Origin: a virus
Length of the DNA: 64,000 nucleotides
Direction: 5' to 3' (one strand)
Virus record (IMG/VR): IMGVR_UViG_3300042371_000495
Span: 3,193 to 67,192 of that record
The position numbers were made by a program, and so were the translations under genes. Under the pieces are notes generated by a model that did not search any database, was not told where the DNA came from, and worked only from the letters and a program-made list of their open reading frames with translations. How positions within the stretch are numbered: position 1 is the stretch's first letter; each line of letters opens with the position of its first letter. Positions 1 to 9,098 of this stretch are shown one piece after another.

Positions 1-143
1 CCTTTTGCTTTCTTTTCCAACGCTTCACGGCAATAATTATAAGTGCCGTCTGGTCGTTTGCCATTTGAAGCAAGTTCGACGAAATCGCGGAGTTTTGTTG
101 CTTCGGTAATATTATAAATTTCGAGCGGACTTAGGCTGTTCAT
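1..143 (-). CDS. Hypothetical early protein, 3' end outside window (MNSLSPLEIYNITEATKLRDFVELASNGKRPDGTYNYCREALEKKAK...)
   Basis: Manual translation: open frame from ATG at 143 to the window edge, directly behind an early promoter. Confidence 0.7.
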   Translation of the reverse strand, partial: MNSLSPLEIYNITEATKLRDFVELASNGKRPDGTYNYCREALEKKAK

Positions 144-149
144 ATGATT

Positions 150-178
150 ATAATACCAAAGTTCCTTTTGTTTGTAAA
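150..178 (-). promoter_or_regulatory. Sigma70-like early promoter TTTACA-N17-TATTAT, ATG 6 nt after the -10 (leaderless)
   Basis: Minus strand reads TTTACA AACAAAAGGAACTTTGG TATTAT AATCAT ATG. Confidence 0.75.
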
Positions 179-187
179 CAATAAAAA

Positions 188-406
188 TCAATCATACCAA
201 TATTCTTTGATTATGTCCATTGAGGCACTTCTATATTCCAATTCTTCTCTAAGGCACTGAGATACAAAATCTGTGTCAATTTTAATTGATTTTATTTCTT
301 CATCTAACCACACAATATAACCAGCATCTAACTCAGCAATTTCGTTTAATGTTTTGCCTTTGTATTTGCCAAAGGTTATTGTGTCATTTGGTTGCAGAGT
401 TTTCAT
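188..406 (-). CDS. Small protein with FGKYKG motif (DUF3820 / exonuclease X C-terminal-like domain)
   Basis: ITFGKYKGKTLNEIAELDAGYIVWL pattern. Confidence 0.65.
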   Translation of the reverse strand: MKTLQPNDTITFGKYKGKTLNEIAELDAGYIVWLDEEIKSIKIDTDFVSQCLREELEYRSASMDIIKEYWYD

Positions 407-921
407 GCTCTTTCTTTCAGGAATTTCTTGATATTTTCAAAGAAATCTTCATCGTTTAGATTGTTACCATAATACTCTGGGGTCTGATGGTAATTTTTCG
501 TGACGATACTCATCATATCCATTTTGTCGCAATTATAACGAGGCGGTAGGTTATCAATAAGCACATTATCTTTATCTGCGATAGGCATCTTCATCACTCC
601 TTCACCTCCATAGCCAAAGGAAATTTTATATTGCTGAATGTCTTCGCGTGTAAAAATATGAGCATAGTCTAAACCAAACTCACCCAGTCGATTTAATGCT
701 TCGGCATATTCGCGTGTAGCGGTCGTGAGAATATAAACATTTTCTTTGCCAATGAGGTCGTTATAATATGCAAAGAGTTCTTTCGCGCATGGTCGAATGA
801 TCGTACGATAAGTATGCACATCTTCGGGAAGCATAAATTCGACATGTGTTTGACCTGGATCATTATTCACTGTTGTGTGCAAGATGCATTCATCGAGATC
901 TTGAAATATTCTTTTTATCAT
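403..921 (-). CDS. HAD-superfamily (NIF/FCP1-like) phosphatase
   Basis: Motif I DLDECILH, IRP, motif II LTTA, LIDN. Confidence 0.7.
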   Translation of the reverse strand: MIKRIFQDLDECILHTTVNNDPGQTHVEFMLPEDVHTYRTIIRPCAKELFAYYNDLIGKENVYILTTATREYAEALNRLGEFGLDYAHIFTREDIQQYKISFGYGGEGVMKMPIADKDNVLIDNLPPRYNCDKMDMMSIVTKNYHQTPEYYGNNLNDEDFFENIKKFLKERA

Positions 922-1016
922 ACTTTAAATTTTAAATTTATTATTAAAGCCACTAGGCAACTCACTACGACGATGATTACGGTCCCTAACGATTCAAAGT
1001 CATGCATTTGTGTCTT

Positions 1017-1442
1017 TTAATCGGTGATCGGCTTTAATACTTCTTTGATATTCTTTGCTCCGTATTGGTTCGCCGAATGGATATAAACGCGAAGAGGGGG
1101 TTTTCCGCATTCTTCCCATTTACGAACCAAGAATTCGGCGCATGATTTTCCGGTCTTGTGTTCAAGATTACCGTATTCGATGACACCACCAGTGGGTTGA
1201 GTCACGTCATGATAATGACGAATATGTTCGAAGTGAAGATCATGATCGAAAGACACTGTATCAGGAAGTCCGTTCTTATTGATGTATCGAACGAACGATT
1301 CATAAGAACGTACGATTTGCCATTGATTGGTAGGAATACCAGTGGCGTCGATAAGATTGACATCTTTGTCATAAAGATACGCCCCGTTAGGATAGCGAAT
1401 GTCATCTAAGAATAGGTTGTAGAGTTCGAGTGTGTCTTCCAT
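1017..1442 (-). CDS. Cyclic-phosphate-processing receiver-like domain protein
   Basis: LFLDDIR...VRSYESF...SFDHDL...TGKSCAEFL...IHSANQYGAKNI; start placed at MEDTLE (1442), just after the upstream stop. Confidence 0.65.
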   Translation of the reverse strand: MEDTLELYNLFLDDIRYPNGAYLYDKDVNLIDATGIPTNQWQIVRSYESFVRYINKNGLPDTVSFDHDLHFEHIRHYHDVTQPTGGVIEYGNLEHKTGKSCAEFLVRKWEECGKPPLRVYIHSANQYGAKNIKEVLKPITD

Positions 1443-1443
1443 A

Positions 1444-1686
1444 TTATTTTTTAATTGCGGCAAAAATTTCTTCGATGCCTGAGATAGTGTTTATGTGTTT
1501 TCCATCGGGGCTGAATACGAGCAAGCGAGGTACCGATTTAATATCATGATTCGCGAAGAACGTCGGCGATTCATCGAAGTCTTTGACCATATATCGAGAC
1601 ATAAGACCTTCAGCGGTCAATCGTTGCTTTAGTATGTTACACGGTCCGCACCAACTAGCGGACGCGAGGATTAGTATATTTTTCAT
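1444..1686 (-). CDS. Thioredoxin/glutaredoxin-like protein
   Basis: WCGPC active site, cis-Pro motif IKSVP. Confidence 0.85.
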   Translation of the reverse strand: MKNILILASASWCGPCNILKQRLTAEGLMSRYMVKDFDESPTFFANHDIKSVPRLLVFSPDGKHINTISGIEEIFAAIKK

Positions 1687-1690
1687 ATGT

Positions 1691-1990
1691 TTATTTTACT
1701 TCTTGTGCCCAGTTAACGACACAAAAATCTGCGATACATTCTTTACGATTAATCATGTGAGCCTTATCTCGTTTGGTCATTTGTTCCGACCACCAATCAT
1801 AATAGTGATCTAAGATCTGAGTCTCGGTCCAGATCATTTCTACCGGTTCATCTTGCTCGGTTTCGCCTTGTTCGACCCACTTGTATTTCTTTTCTTTCTT
1901 ACCGAAGATACGATCCCAGTTGTCTCGACCTTCCATTGAAAGAATACGTGAATGAATAGCATCACCGGTGATATCATTTTTCGCTGCCAT
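1691..1990 (-). CDS. Hypothetical phage protein
   Basis: ORF in gene train; N-terminus MAAKNDITGDAIHSR resembles common small phage proteins. Confidence 0.6.
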   Translation of the reverse strand: MAAKNDITGDAIHSRILSMEGRDNWDRIFGKKEKKYKWVEQGETEQDEPVEMIWTETQILDHYYDWWSEQMTKRDKAHMINRKECIADFCVVNWAQEVK

Positions 1991-2210
1991 AGATGTGTGA
2001 CTTTAAGTAATCAAGGTATTGCTCTGAATGCGACGAGGAGTTATAGATGTAGTCGAAGAGGAAATCCACAAAGGTTTGATCGCTATCATCGATAATACTC
2101 AGTTTCGAGAGCAACTGTTGAAAGCGTTCTTCATCTTCGGCGGCATATTGCGTCTGGATCGAGCGATATTCCTCGATCATTTTTTCTTCATTTTTAGTTA
2201 AGTTTCTCAT
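1974..2210 (-). CDS. Hypothetical protein
   Basis: ORF in gene train; likely start MRNLTK at 2210. Confidence 0.55.
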   Translation of the reverse strand: MRNLTKNEEKMIEEYRSIQTQYAAEDEERFQQLLSKLSIIDDSDQTFVDFLFDYIYNSSSHSEQYLDYLKSHIYGSEK

Positions 2211-2898
2211 AGTATTTGTCGTGAGTTTCTCTATAACAGTCGATCTTACCCATAATTTCCTCGACGAGATAATTCTTTCCCCCTTGGACATTAGACGCGA
2301 AGACGCTTACATAATTATATATGTCATCAATGAGTTTCTGTTCGGAGGTAGGATGTTCCTTACGATTCTTCTTAAAGCGATCATCCCATTCCTTTCGTGA
2401 TTTTGCCCATTCCTCGAGCTGTTGCCCAAACTCTTCATCGGTCAACTTCTTCGAAGGTTCATTACGAGATACCTCAACATCGCCGCTCAATTGCCCGCGT
2501 AAGAAGACGGCAGTATATTCGATCCATCCATCCACAAATTGTTTCCACTTATCGCTCCCCAAACGTTCACCTTGCGGATATTCATCATGATGGTAGCTTT
2601 CATAGAAGTTAATGCCACCTGTGAATTCTTCTTTTTCCCACCAAGTCGAAAGTGTTTCCATATGCCCGAGGCGATCGAAGAGTGATTCGCTATTTGCATC
2701 CTTCGGTTCTACCCAACGAGTCTCTTTATTCTGAACCCAGAGCTGACCCTCGGCATCAATCTTATAGAGACTCATGTATTGATTAGGAGTATCCTTGGTC
2801 TGAAAGGCAATCTGATCGGCACCTTTCCAGTTATCGATTACTTTTTGCGGAAGATCCGGAAGAAGGTACTCGCATTTGATGTAGTCGAACATTCCCAT
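2194..2898 (-). CDS. Conserved hypothetical phage protein (MGMFDYI...FQTKD type)
   Basis: 234-aa ORF with a recognisable N-terminal motif. Confidence 0.7.
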   Translation of the reverse strand: MGMFDYIKCEYLLPDLPQKVIDNWKGADQIAFQTKDTPNQYMSLYKIDAEGQLWVQNKETRWVEPKDANSESLFDRLGHMETLSTWWEKEEFTGGINFYESYHHDEYPQGERLGSDKWKQFVDGWIEYTAVFLRGQLSGDVEVSRNEPSKKLTDEEFGQQLEEWAKSRKEWDDRFKKNRKEHPTSEQKLIDDIYNYVSVFASNVQGGKNYLVEEIMGKIDCYRETHDKYYEKLN

Positions 2899-2902
2899 AA
2901 TT

Positions 2903-3058
2903 TTATTTTGTATGTGAGGCTAAGATGAGACCGAGGTTTGCCATGGCATAGGATGCCCAGACAATGAACCATGGCCAATTGGATTTATATGCATGAGATA
3001 TCGCAACAAAAAGATATAATAAGAAAACGATGGCTACGATTATATCCTCAAGATTCAT
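2903..3058 (-). CDS. Small two-helix membrane protein (51 aa, not in ORF track)
   Basis: Manual translation MNLEDIIVAIVFLLYLFVAISHAYKSNWPWFIVWASYAMANLGLILASHTK*; fills the gap. Confidence 0.65.
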   Translation of the reverse strand: MNLEDIIVAIVFLLYLFVAISHAYKSNWPWFIVWASYAMANLGLILASHTK

Positions 3059-3227
3059 GCTGTTTTTCATAATCTTTTTTTAGTATATATCGTTCATTAG
3101 ATCTATTCAAGGCAAGGGCGTAATTCAATTGGGCGATCGTTCTAGGATCGCCGAAAAACTCTTTTCCTCGAAAGACATACAGTTCTTCGTTACATGTTTC
3201 CTCGCGTTGTGTATTTTTATTTTTCAT
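3048..3227 (-). CDS. Small hypothetical protein (59 aa, not in ORF track)
   Basis: Manual translation MKNKNTQREETCNEELYVFRGKEFFGDPR...HES*; overlaps the next start. Confidence 0.5.
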   Translation of the reverse strand: MKNKNTQREETCNEELYVFRGKEFFGDPRTIAQLNYALALNRSNERYILKKDYEKQHES

Positions 3228-3235
3228 ATTATAAT

Positions 3236-3529
3236 TTATACATCCAATTCTCGACGTGTATTAAAATCCCAAGGGTCAACATCAATCTCCTTGAGACGCT
3301 CATCATAAGCAGCGGTATCTGCATCATATGGATCTGTATGGTTCCAATAACCAAACCATTCATCCACTTGACCTTCAACGCGCAGCCGTGCTTTCTTATC
3401 AAAGAGCGTTCGATTGCTTTCGCAATAGCCGCAGCTGCCATGATTGCGGCAAGAGCAATCAAATGCTTTGCTACCGCGATAAGGCTTACGTTTTTCTTTC
3501 TTATGAATGATTGCTTTTTCTAGGCTCAT
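3236..3529 (-). CDS. Conserved hypothetical protein with Cys/His cluster
   Basis: RKPYRGSKAFDCSCRNHGSCGYC motif. Confidence 0.7.
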   Translation of the reverse strand: MSLEKAIIHKKEKRKPYRGSKAFDCSCRNHGSCGYCESNRTLFDKKARLRVEGQVDEWFGYWNHTDPYDADTAAYDERLKEIDVDPWDFNTRRELDV

Positions 3530-3584
3530 AATAAATTGGAGTTAGAACATGATGTAAGGAAATCTTTTTTATCTTTCTTGACAA

Positions 3585-3788
3585 TTAGTAACTACCGAAA
3601 CGCAGTGATGCATTCATCACCTCGGAACTGTAAAGCTCAACCCATCTTTTAAAGTCAGGATGGTTAAAGAGGACTTTTTCGACGTTTTTATTGTCAGGGT
3701 GAATGTAGTTTTTGTTCAAACCACTTTCAACCCCCAAGATCTGGAATTTTTGGTTCAAGGATTCAAGCTCTATTTTTTCTGGGCTCAT
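3585..3788 (-). CDS. Hypothetical protein
   Basis: 67-aa ORF in gene train. Confidence 0.5.
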   Translation of the reverse strand: MSPEKIELESLNQKFQILGVESGLNKNYIHPDNKNVEKVLFNHPDFKRWVELYSSEVMNASLRFGSY

Positions 3789-3829
3789 GTTATTGGTGTG
3801 AAGTTAATTGTTTTGAAAGAGTCGTTAAA

Positions 3830-4192
3830 TTAATAATCACGAACAGTGCCGCGTGTAGCTGGATTAGAATCCCAGGCGAATTGTCGTTCCATATCTTCTT
3901 CGGTCCAATGATCTGATCCATAAACTGAATAAGTCTCGAACCAATGTTCTTGATTGATGGCTCCGGCGGCAAGAATACGATCTACAAGCCGCTTCGCTCG
4001 ATCTGATTCGTCACTATCTACTTTAAACCCGGAGAGGATGAATCGTTGACCACGTGCAGTAGTAGCGCTGATGAATAGGGCGCGGGAATAACGTGCACCA
4101 GTGGGGTTGCTCATATCGGCATATTCTGAATTATGCTCGAGGATATACTCATCTTCGAAGAAGATCACTGAATCAATTGGTGTCGTTGTCAT
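3830..4192 (-). CDS. Hypothetical early protein
   Basis: 120-aa ORF behind an early promoter and CTACATT-ATG leader. Confidence 0.7.
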   Translation of the reverse strand: MTTTPIDSVIFFEDEYILEHNSEYADMSNPTGARYSRALFISATTARGQRFILSGFKVDSDESDRAKRLVDRILAAGAINQEHWFETYSVYGSDHWTEEDMERQFAWDSNPATRGTVRDY

Positions 4193-4250
4193 AATGTAGT
4201 GGGTGGTCTCAGTTACAAGGGTATCCTACCATACCAGGGGTCCAAGTACA
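4193..4250 (-). promoter_or_regulatory. Early promoter (TGTACT-N16-TAGGAT, extended -10 TG) plus conserved leader CTTGTAACTGAGACCACCCACTACATT-ATG
   Basis: Direct reading; near-identical copy at 15887-15942. Confidence 0.7.
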
Positions 4251-4297
4251 CATCTTTTTACATAAAAATGAAACTTTTTTCAATATCTCCAGACACC

Positions 4298-4325
4298 AAA
4301 ATGGGGACCCCGAAGGATCCCCATT
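4298..4325 (-). terminator. Rho-independent terminator with cUUCGg tetraloop
   Basis: AATGGGGATCC-TTCG-GGGTCCCCATT followed by T residues. Confidence 0.8.
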
Positions 4326-4338
4326 GGGTTTCAATCAC

Positions 4339-4560
4339 TTATGCATTTACGAAGGAATAGAGTTCCTCGGCCCTCTCTAGGATCACCTTCGTCTTCGGGA
4401 ACATCCCATCGACCTCAGTCTCAGTGATCATCTTTTTTCTAGGGTCTTTATCTGCTTCGCATCGAAGCAAATCTAGCTTTTGATGGAATTTTGCCAGTTC
4501 ATCGTCATGCGCCATTTGTAGGACGTCAAGACGGATTTCATACGCGTTTTTATTACTCAT
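4339..4560 (-). CDS. Conserved small T4-like phage protein (KNAYEIRLDVLQMA type)
   Basis: Recognisable N- and C-terminal motifs (ILERAEELYSFV). Confidence 0.7.
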   Translation of the reverse strand: MSNKNAYEIRLDVLQMAHDDELAKFHQKLDLLRCEADKDPRKKMITETEVDGMFPKTKVILERAEELYSFVNA

Positions 4561-4610
4561 TGTAGTGTGTGTGGTTAATGTAAAGGATCATCCTTCACAT
4601 ATCCTATATA

Positions 4611-5558
4611 TCACGCGTTTCGACAAGCAAACTCGATGGCTCGATCGGCTTCTACTTCAAGCGGACGATTCTTATACCATCCACCGGTTTCATTATCGAT
4701 CTCTCGACACAACAGAGCCACTTCATTCGATGTGATAGGGTAACCCTTACGCATGGCAGTCGAGGCGATACTCATCATCATGACATACATTTTTGCATAC
4801 CAGCCAGTTTCTTGAATTGCTTGATATTCGGCAACGATCTTACGATTTACGAACGGACAATCACGATACGACACCCATCGGAAATTAGTATTCGTCAACT
4901 TGGTCTTCCGATATTCATCGATCTTTTTTTGAATTTCTTCGGGAAACTTATTTGACATGCCCATTTTATTGACCGCCGAGACAAAAACATGACGAGACAT
5001 GAGTTCGTCTGGATCGATCATCGGCGCTTCCTTATGCGAGAAGATGAATTGATATGAGTTTGGATACTGAGCAGGCACATAATACATACGCGACAAATCC
5101 TTAGTCTGTGGATCACCGAGGGAATTAAATTCTTTATTGAGCGCATACCAGAAATGACGAACTTTATCGGCTACGATGGGTTTCGTCAATGGAAGAATGA
5201 TTCGAAACTTTGGATGTTCCTTCGTAGAGGAAGAACTCGAGTAGCAGACGAATCGATTTTTCTTAAAGACCTCAACTGCATCCTCGAATGAGCCTTCATA
5301 GTCATCAACATCGAGCGCGGCCCATCCTCCCCAGCCGATCACATTGATATTCCTACGAAGGTCATCCTTCTTAAACATCGCCGGAGAAATTAACGGGGAA
5401 CCCTGAGTCATCTCACCTTTTTTCGGCTTATATCCTGGTTGATTACTCAGCGAATATAGCAATTGCTCGAATTTTTCCCAGTCGTCGAAACGCATCGAGC
5501 GATGGGTCTTGTTATCGAAGATCGACTTAAATATGGTGAGACCGTATTCCATGATCAA
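4611..5558 (-). CDS. Archaeo-eukaryotic primase (Prim-Pol)-like protein
   Basis: ALDVDD (motif I), YSSSSS...PKFRIILPL (motif II), DPQTKDLSRMYYVP (motif III), C-terminal helical domain. Confidence 0.65.
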   Translation of the reverse strand: MIMEYGLTIFKSIFDNKTHRSMRFDDWEKFEQLLYSLSNQPGYKPKKGEMTQGSPLISPAMFKKDDLRRNINVIGWGGWAALDVDDYEGSFEDAVEVFKKNRFVCYSSSSSTKEHPKFRIILPLTKPIVADKVRHFWYALNKEFNSLGDPQTKDLSRMYYVPAQYPNSYQFIFSHKEAPMIDPDELMSRHVFVSAVNKMGMSNKFPEEIQKKIDEYRKTKLTNTNFRWVSYRDCPFVNRKIVAEYQAIQETGWYAKMYVMMMSIASTAMRKGYPITSNEVALLCREIDNETGGWYKNRPLEVEADRAIEFACRNA

Positions 5559-6037
5559 GCGCCGAATGCCTTTGTAGCAAGGCCATGATTGCCTTCATGA
5601 GAAGGTGAGGTCCATCCTTCGGGTTTGATGAGATCCGGAAGTCCGAGAGGGTTAGGGCGAGACGCCTTAATACCGACTTGCTTATTCATGTTGGCTTCCA
5701 TCACGGAATACCATGCCTTACTAAAATCCACATTGAGTAGGTCTAAGGTACCTACCGCCACCACGACTAGGTCGATCAGACTATCGATCACTTCCTCGGC
5801 ATTCTTCTCGAAGATGGCTTTTTGACCTTCGTCGACTTCTTCTTGAAGGAAGTTGAAGCGAAATTTGATGAACTCGATGAGTTGATCAGGAGTCAATTTA
5901 TCGATGGCCTCATGGACACCGTACTTACTATGCATCATATTCATATCATCTGCCACGACTGTCACCGCGGCAAATTTATTTGCCAACAGATATTGAATAC
6001 ATTCCCATTGCGATTGCGCTGTTTCTTGTTTTGTCAT
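5555..6037 (-). CDS. MazG-like / all-alpha NTP pyrophosphohydrolase
   Basis: LQEEVDE...EEVIDSLIDLVVVAVG...VMEANMNK...DLIKPEGW. Confidence 0.8.
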   Translation of the reverse strand: MTKQETAQSQWECIQYLLANKFAAVTVVADDMNMMHSKYGVHEAIDKLTPDQLIEFIKFRFNFLQEEVDEGQKAIFEKNAEEVIDSLIDLVVVAVGTLDLLNVDFSKAWYSVMEANMNKQVGIKASRPNPLGLPDLIKPEGWTSPSHEGNHGLATKAFGA

Positions 6038-6058
6038 ATGTGTGTGTAAAGTTATATA

Positions 6059-8590
6059 TCAACCGAAGAAATCCTCGAGACTAGCGCGAGGTTCAGGACT
6101 CCATCCGATCGCGTCGAGGATGAGGACCAATGGATCAATGAACGCCTTCTCGAACTGCTTATCATAGTCGATATACTTATGAAGCCCGAGTTCCTTTGGA
6201 AGTTTATCCGGAAAAGAAATAACGTTCTCACCCAAAGAATTTGGCATCTTTAGGTAAGAGTAGCGAATGCGCTCGCCGTTTTGAATCTGAGGATACTTCT
6301 TATCGATACCGGCATCCTTGAGTGCCCGATTGTAGAGCAATGCGCCGCGACAGTGGAGAGGAGTACCTTTCGTATAGATCGTACTCTTGTTTGCCCACTT
6401 ACGAATACTCGACAAACCACGAGGGAAAGAGATTTCCTCGGGTTCGACAGAACTAAATTGAATCCTAAATTCATTCAATGCTCGCTGAGTAGCAGACTCG
6501 TCACCTGTCATGATCACCTTGAACATCTGCTTGAAAGCATCGCGACAAATCGCGGGGGTCGAACTCTTGATTGCCTCGATGCCAACCATCTTGATCTTCG
6601 GCTCGGCGTATCGGACACCTTCATTGTCATGCACGTTCATGATGTATCGCTTCTTGGCAGTCCAGATGGCACGATCGGCGATGGCTTCTCGTTTCATCAC
6701 CATGGTATTCTTGAAGGCATTCGTCAACTTAGCGAGATTATCGAATGCCTCGACTAGGATAGGTTCGATACCTTTCGAACCGAATTCATCCAAGAAATCA
6801 ATAGGATTCACTGGTTTGAAATGATCGACGATGTCTTTAACGGAGACATAAAGCGAATCAGTATCCATTGCGATGATTCGATCTTTGTGTTTTTTATCCT
6901 TGAGCATGGTACCGAGCCAAGCATTAAGAGTTTCTTCTCCCCAACGATTGACCAATTGACCCGAGAGCGTGATACCCTCGGCGATGGCAAGGTTGAAGTA
7001 ACGAAAGTATCGATTACCCATGGCGCCGTAAAGACTATTCAGAAGGATCTTGACTGTCATCTGCTCGGTCTCGAGTCTGGCAATATCTGACTCGGCCGTG
7101 AAGTAAGTCTTACGATCGTTTTTATCGATCGACTCGAGCTTTTGCTTGGCATCCAACATTGCGCGCTTGATCTTGACACGCTTATTATAAAGCTCCTCGA
7201 CGATTTCAGGAATGATACCCATCTTGTCTCGACGAAAGCATGCGCCGTTAGCGGCCATTGCCAAGTTAGGTTCAGGAGATAGACACGCGCCTTTGTTGGC
7301 AAGCACATAGTCCGGAGAAATACCAGGAACGTGCATATGTGACACCAATGTTTCAGGACTCATGTTATATTGAATGATGAGGTTCGGATAGAGTGAGTTA
7401 AGGTCGAATGACAATACCCAATCATACATACCAGGGACTGGGTCCTTGACGTAGCCACCGGGATAATCTGCTTTGAAAGCGTTCTCAGGTTGAGGCACCG
7501 CGATATGCTTCTGAGCCAATCGCCGAAAGATGATCGAATCCCAGATAGCTGTAGTGCCAAGCGTTTCTTGATAGTTGACTCCACCGAGGTAAGCCATGTT
7601 GAAGACGAGGTTGATCAGGCCGAGTTTTGCCTCGAAGCGATCGACCAATTCTACGTCCTTGATGTTGTAATCGACATACGTCTGGAAATCGTTCTCGTAG
7701 AGTTTGATCAACGAACCATGTTCGCCGTAATCGAGCTTACGTTCACCCAGGACGATCTGTGCGATGTGATCAAGTTTGTAAGATTCTTGTGCGCCATAAG
7801 TGTATCCGAACTTCTTAAAGAGCTCTAGGTAATCGAGCTGCTGAACGCCCGAGATATCGAAGAACATTGTCTCGCGACCTTTGATCACCACACTCTTTTG
7901 TTCCACCGAACCCCAGGGTGATAAGCGTTTTGCCATATCGGTACCTAACACTCGTGAGATACGATTCACGATGTAAGGGACATCGAAGCCACGAATATTC
8001 CAGCCGGTGATGACATCCGGAGTATTCGGAAGATCGCTCCACCAAGTGATGAAGTCGGTGAGCATCTCGACCTCGGAACTGAAGCGTCGATATTCCTTGC
8101 GAACTCCACCGCGAGTGGTGTCGTATGCCTTCATTCCCCAGATTCGATAGATGTCGTCCTTACTCGACTTGAGAGCGATCGTCAAGATCGATTGTTCGGC
8201 TTTGTCAGGTTCAGGAAATCCAGAGGAATCATAGTGAGTCTCGATATCGATCGAGCAGATATCGATCAGACGCTTATCGAACTTGATATCACCAGGAAAT
8301 TCTGCCTGAATGAAAGCCGGGATATGGCGATCATTACCATAGATCTTGAACGAGTCGACATCCTCGTAAGTCTTCATGAATTGGCGGCAATCAGACATGG
8401 AGTCAAAGCGCATCGACTCGACTGCAGTCCCATCCAGAGCTTTCCATTTCGTATTCTTTTCCTTAGATTCAAGATACATCACAGGACGGAACTTGAACTT
8501 GTCATAGACCTTTCGGCCGTCGTCATCGTATCCTCGATAGAGGAGGTAATTCATTTTGCGATCGATACACGTATAGAAGCCTTTTAGCAT
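6059..8590 (-). CDS. gp43: Family B DNA polymerase
   Basis: ExoI DIET, ExoII GWNIRGFD, ExoIII YNIKDV, DLNSLYP, KILLNSLYG, DTDS, KKRY; start moved to 8590 (MLKGFY) because a promoter occupies the upstream extension. Confidence 0.97.
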   Translation of the reverse strand: MLKGFYTCIDRKMNYLLYRGYDDDGRKVYDKFKFRPVMYLESKEKNTKWKALDGTAVESMRFDSMSDCRQFMKTYEDVDSFKIYGNDRHIPAFIQAEFPGDIKFDKRLIDICSIDIETHYDSSGFPEPDKAEQSILTIALKSSKDDIYRIWGMKAYDTTRGGVRKEYRRFSSEVEMLTDFITWWSDLPNTPDVITGWNIRGFDVPYIVNRISRVLGTDMAKRLSPWGSVEQKSVVIKGRETMFFDISGVQQLDYLELFKKFGYTYGAQESYKLDHIAQIVLGERKLDYGEHGSLIKLYENDFQTYVDYNIKDVELVDRFEAKLGLINLVFNMAYLGGVNYQETLGTTAIWDSIIFRRLAQKHIAVPQPENAFKADYPGGYVKDPVPGMYDWVLSFDLNSLYPNLIIQYNMSPETLVSHMHVPGISPDYVLANKGACLSPEPNLAMAANGACFRRDKMGIIPEIVEELYNKRVKIKRAMLDAKQKLESIDKNDRKTYFTAESDIARLETEQMTVKILLNSLYGAMGNRYFRYFNLAIAEGITLSGQLVNRWGEETLNAWLGTMLKDKKHKDRIIAMDTDSLYVSVKDIVDHFKPVNPIDFLDEFGSKGIEPILVEAFDNLAKLTNAFKNTMVMKREAIADRAIWTAKKRYIMNVHDNEGVRYAEPKIKMVGIEAIKSSTPAICRDAFKQMFKVIMTGDESATQRALNEFRIQFSSVEPEEISFPRGLSSIRKWANKSTIYTKGTPLHCRGALLYNRALKDAGIDKKYPQIQNGERIRYSYLKMPNSLGENVISFPDKLPKELGLHKYIDYDKQFEKAFIDPLVLILDAIGWSPEPRASLEDFFG

Positions 8591-8596
8591 GAGGAG

Positions 8597-8625
8597 ATTG
8601 TACCAAAAAGGGCGGCATTTGTACA
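8597..8625 (-). promoter_or_regulatory. Early promoter of gp43, TGTACA-N17-TACAAT, leaderless
   Basis: TGTACA AATGCCGCCCTTTTTGG TACAAT CTCCTC ATG. Confidence 0.8.
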
Positions 8626-8643
8626 TGACAAACTACCGCCCTT
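8605..8643 (-). terminator. Rho-independent terminator after hsp20, overlapping the gp43 promoter
   Basis: AAGGGCGGTA...TGCCGCCCTT stem followed by T run. Confidence 0.7.
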
Positions 8644-8660
8644 AAGATTATTTTTATCCT

Positions 8661-9092
8661 TTATTGTGCTTTGATCGTGATCTTTTTAGGCAATTTCTCC
8701 TCAGGGATCACTTGCTCTAGGACGATCGTCAGGATGCCGTTTGCCAAGGTGGATTCAACTACCTCTACGTATTCTGCGAGTACGAACTGGCGCTTGAACT
8801 TACGAGAGCTGATTCCTTTATGGGAATAGTCCCTTTCGTCCTTACCTTCTTTTTGACCCGAAATGGTTAGGGTGTTTTCTACGACTTCGATATCAAGATC
8901 TTCCTCGCTAAATCCCGCAACCGCGATTTCCACCGCATGTTGGTTGTCTCCTGCCTTAAAAATGTTATAAGGCGGATAAGTGGTATTTTTGTTGTCTTGA
9001 AATATGGATTCTAGTTCGCCGAAGGCTTTTTCGAATCCGATACCGATGTTTGGACGCCATGCTGTATGGCCTATTGTGTATGCTGTTGTCAT
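8661..9092 (-). CDS. hsp20: Small heat shock protein (Hsp20/IbpA family)
   Basis: YPPYNI, EIAVAGF, HKGISSRKFKRQF, NGILTI, IPEEKLPKKITI. Confidence 0.95.
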   Translation of the reverse strand: MTTAYTIGHTAWRPNIGIGFEKAFGELESIFQDNKNTTYPPYNIFKAGDNQHAVEIAVAGFSEEDLDIEVVENTLTISGQKEGKDERDYSHKGISSRKFKRQFVLAEYVEVVESTLANGILTIVLEQVIPEEKLPKKITIKAQ

Positions 9093-9098
9093 TTTTTT

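Noticed and set aside
4578-4600. Hairpin ATGTGAAGGA-TGA-TCCTTTACAT as a terminator or ncRNA
   Set aside because: No U-tract and too short; at most a 5' stabilising stem for ORF 4339-4560
8591-8626. ORF-track start of gp43 (MYKCRPFWYNLL)
   Set aside because: This extension is the promoter/terminator itself; similar over-extended starts were trimmed for regA, uvsW, gp16, gp17, 47466-48407, 48354 and 51709
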